A stretch of 63,947 bases of DNA, filler included, from Perkinsus chesapeaki ATCC PRA-425 (taxonomy: Eukaryota > Protista > Perkinsozoa): the NCBI GenBank assembly GCA_013115145.1. It is 10 parts of 10 records of this genome, joined end to end, with 100 filler letters (N's around TTAATTAATTAA, not from the genome) between each part and the next. Parts side by side here need not be neighbours in the genome. Positions count along the whole stretch, not along the records: positions 62,895 to 63,947 come from JAAPAO010002250.1; 9 more parts are not named here. One strand, written 5' to 3'. Positions 63,106 to 63,947 of this stretch are shown here, piece by piece. How positions within the stretch are numbered: position 1 is the stretch's first letter; every line of letters starts with the position of its first letter. The notes beneath the pieces are model-generated. The model saw only the letters and a program-made list of their open reading frames with translations, was not told where the DNA came from and did not search any database. A program made the position numbers and the translations under genes.

Positions 63106-63880
63106 GCCAAATAATGGTCGATGTTAAAGCACGCTCAGTAGCATTAAATTACCGCGCGCACCGAAAAACTCATTGCCATACCAGATTTCCCACGACTACT
63201 TCCCCAACAACGTGGTGACAGCCCATCCGTTTTCAGACGTTGAATCACCGTCATGACTCCACACTCACAGTAAATTTGAATGCAGAAAAGCTGGGGGGCA
63301 TGGACAGGATTGCAAATGGTGATTCAATCAAGTATTATAAAGAGTAATTAATATATACTATATTTTAGTATAAAATGCTGTCACCAGTCACCACTTGTAC
63401 GACGCAGGGAAACACGATCGAAGGGTTTCGCGAAGGTGAAGGTAGCTGAAAGATGGGATGCTGATGTGGTGATTCACTTTCAGTTACCAAGCTGGCATGT
63501 CACACTACACATGTCGCGTGTCGTACCGTTTTCTTCCCGATTGAGTTAAATTAATAGTATCGCACCGTGGCCGATTAAAGAGGGTTGTGTCTACGAGAGA
63601 ATCAGGCTCTGCCGGGGTCCAAGGTCGGTTGAAATCGAGATGACGGGACGCGTGATGCTACAGTTGGCGCGATGTGATGACTAGGGCAGTGCAGTGCGCG
63701 GAACAGGGAGCACAGAGGTAAGCAAGTGCGCGTTAGCAGAACGAAGCTCAAAACGATCGAAGGGATGAGTATGTGCAGTCAACGTCACCGGAGCGAACAA
63801 GAGTGCGCAGCTAAATGGGGAACTAGGCACGTTTTAGCTGACTCAACTGTAGACAGGTTCAAGATTGGTACTGCTTAAAA

Positions 63881-63947
63881 TGGAGAACCCGGGCATCGAT
63901 CCCGGTGCCTCTCGCTTGCTAAGCGAGCGCTCTACCATTTGAGCTAG
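63881..63947 (-). tRNA. trnA-AGC: tRNA-Ala (anticodon AGC), 5' end beyond window
   Basis: ...CTAGCTCAAATGGTAGAGCGCTCGCTTAGCAAGCGAGAGGCACCGGGATCGATGCCCGGGTTCTCCA; anticodon arm CTCGC-TTAGCAA-GCGAG. Confidence 0.9.

Overview
Eukaryotic draft-assembly DNA, most consistent with a perkinsid alveolate (Perkinsus-like). This is inferred from short GT-AG introns, a Perkinsus/dinoflagellate-type spliced-leader gene and the gene repertoire. The window is ten contigs joined by 100-nt N spacers carrying an artificial TTAATTAATTAA linker, so adjacency across gaps has no biological meaning. Supported content: a FAX/metaxin-type GST-like gene plus the tail of a tandem paralog; three tandem intronless carboxylesterases with bacterial lipobox-like N-termini and a gene-conversion tract; a cathepsin L-like protease; a Cys-rich transposon-like ORF; a tRNA-Leu(AAG) tandem array; a tandem pepsin-like protein; a multi-exon PanB-PanE (KPHMT-KPR) fusion gene with a mitochondrial-type presequence; a decayed Pif1 helicase; tRNA-Cys; a small mitochondrial-type membrane protein; CCT2; an LpqC/PHB-depolymerase-like protein lacking its catalytic Ser; a CCCH zinc-finger exon; PrpD; phosphatidylinositol synthase; an SH3 protein; secreted orphans; several minisatellites; a variant SL RNA gene; and tRNA-Ala. 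The most notable items are the PanB-PanE fusion, the SL RNA variant and the lipobox-bearing esterase array. All homology calls come from motif recognition by eye; no searches were run.
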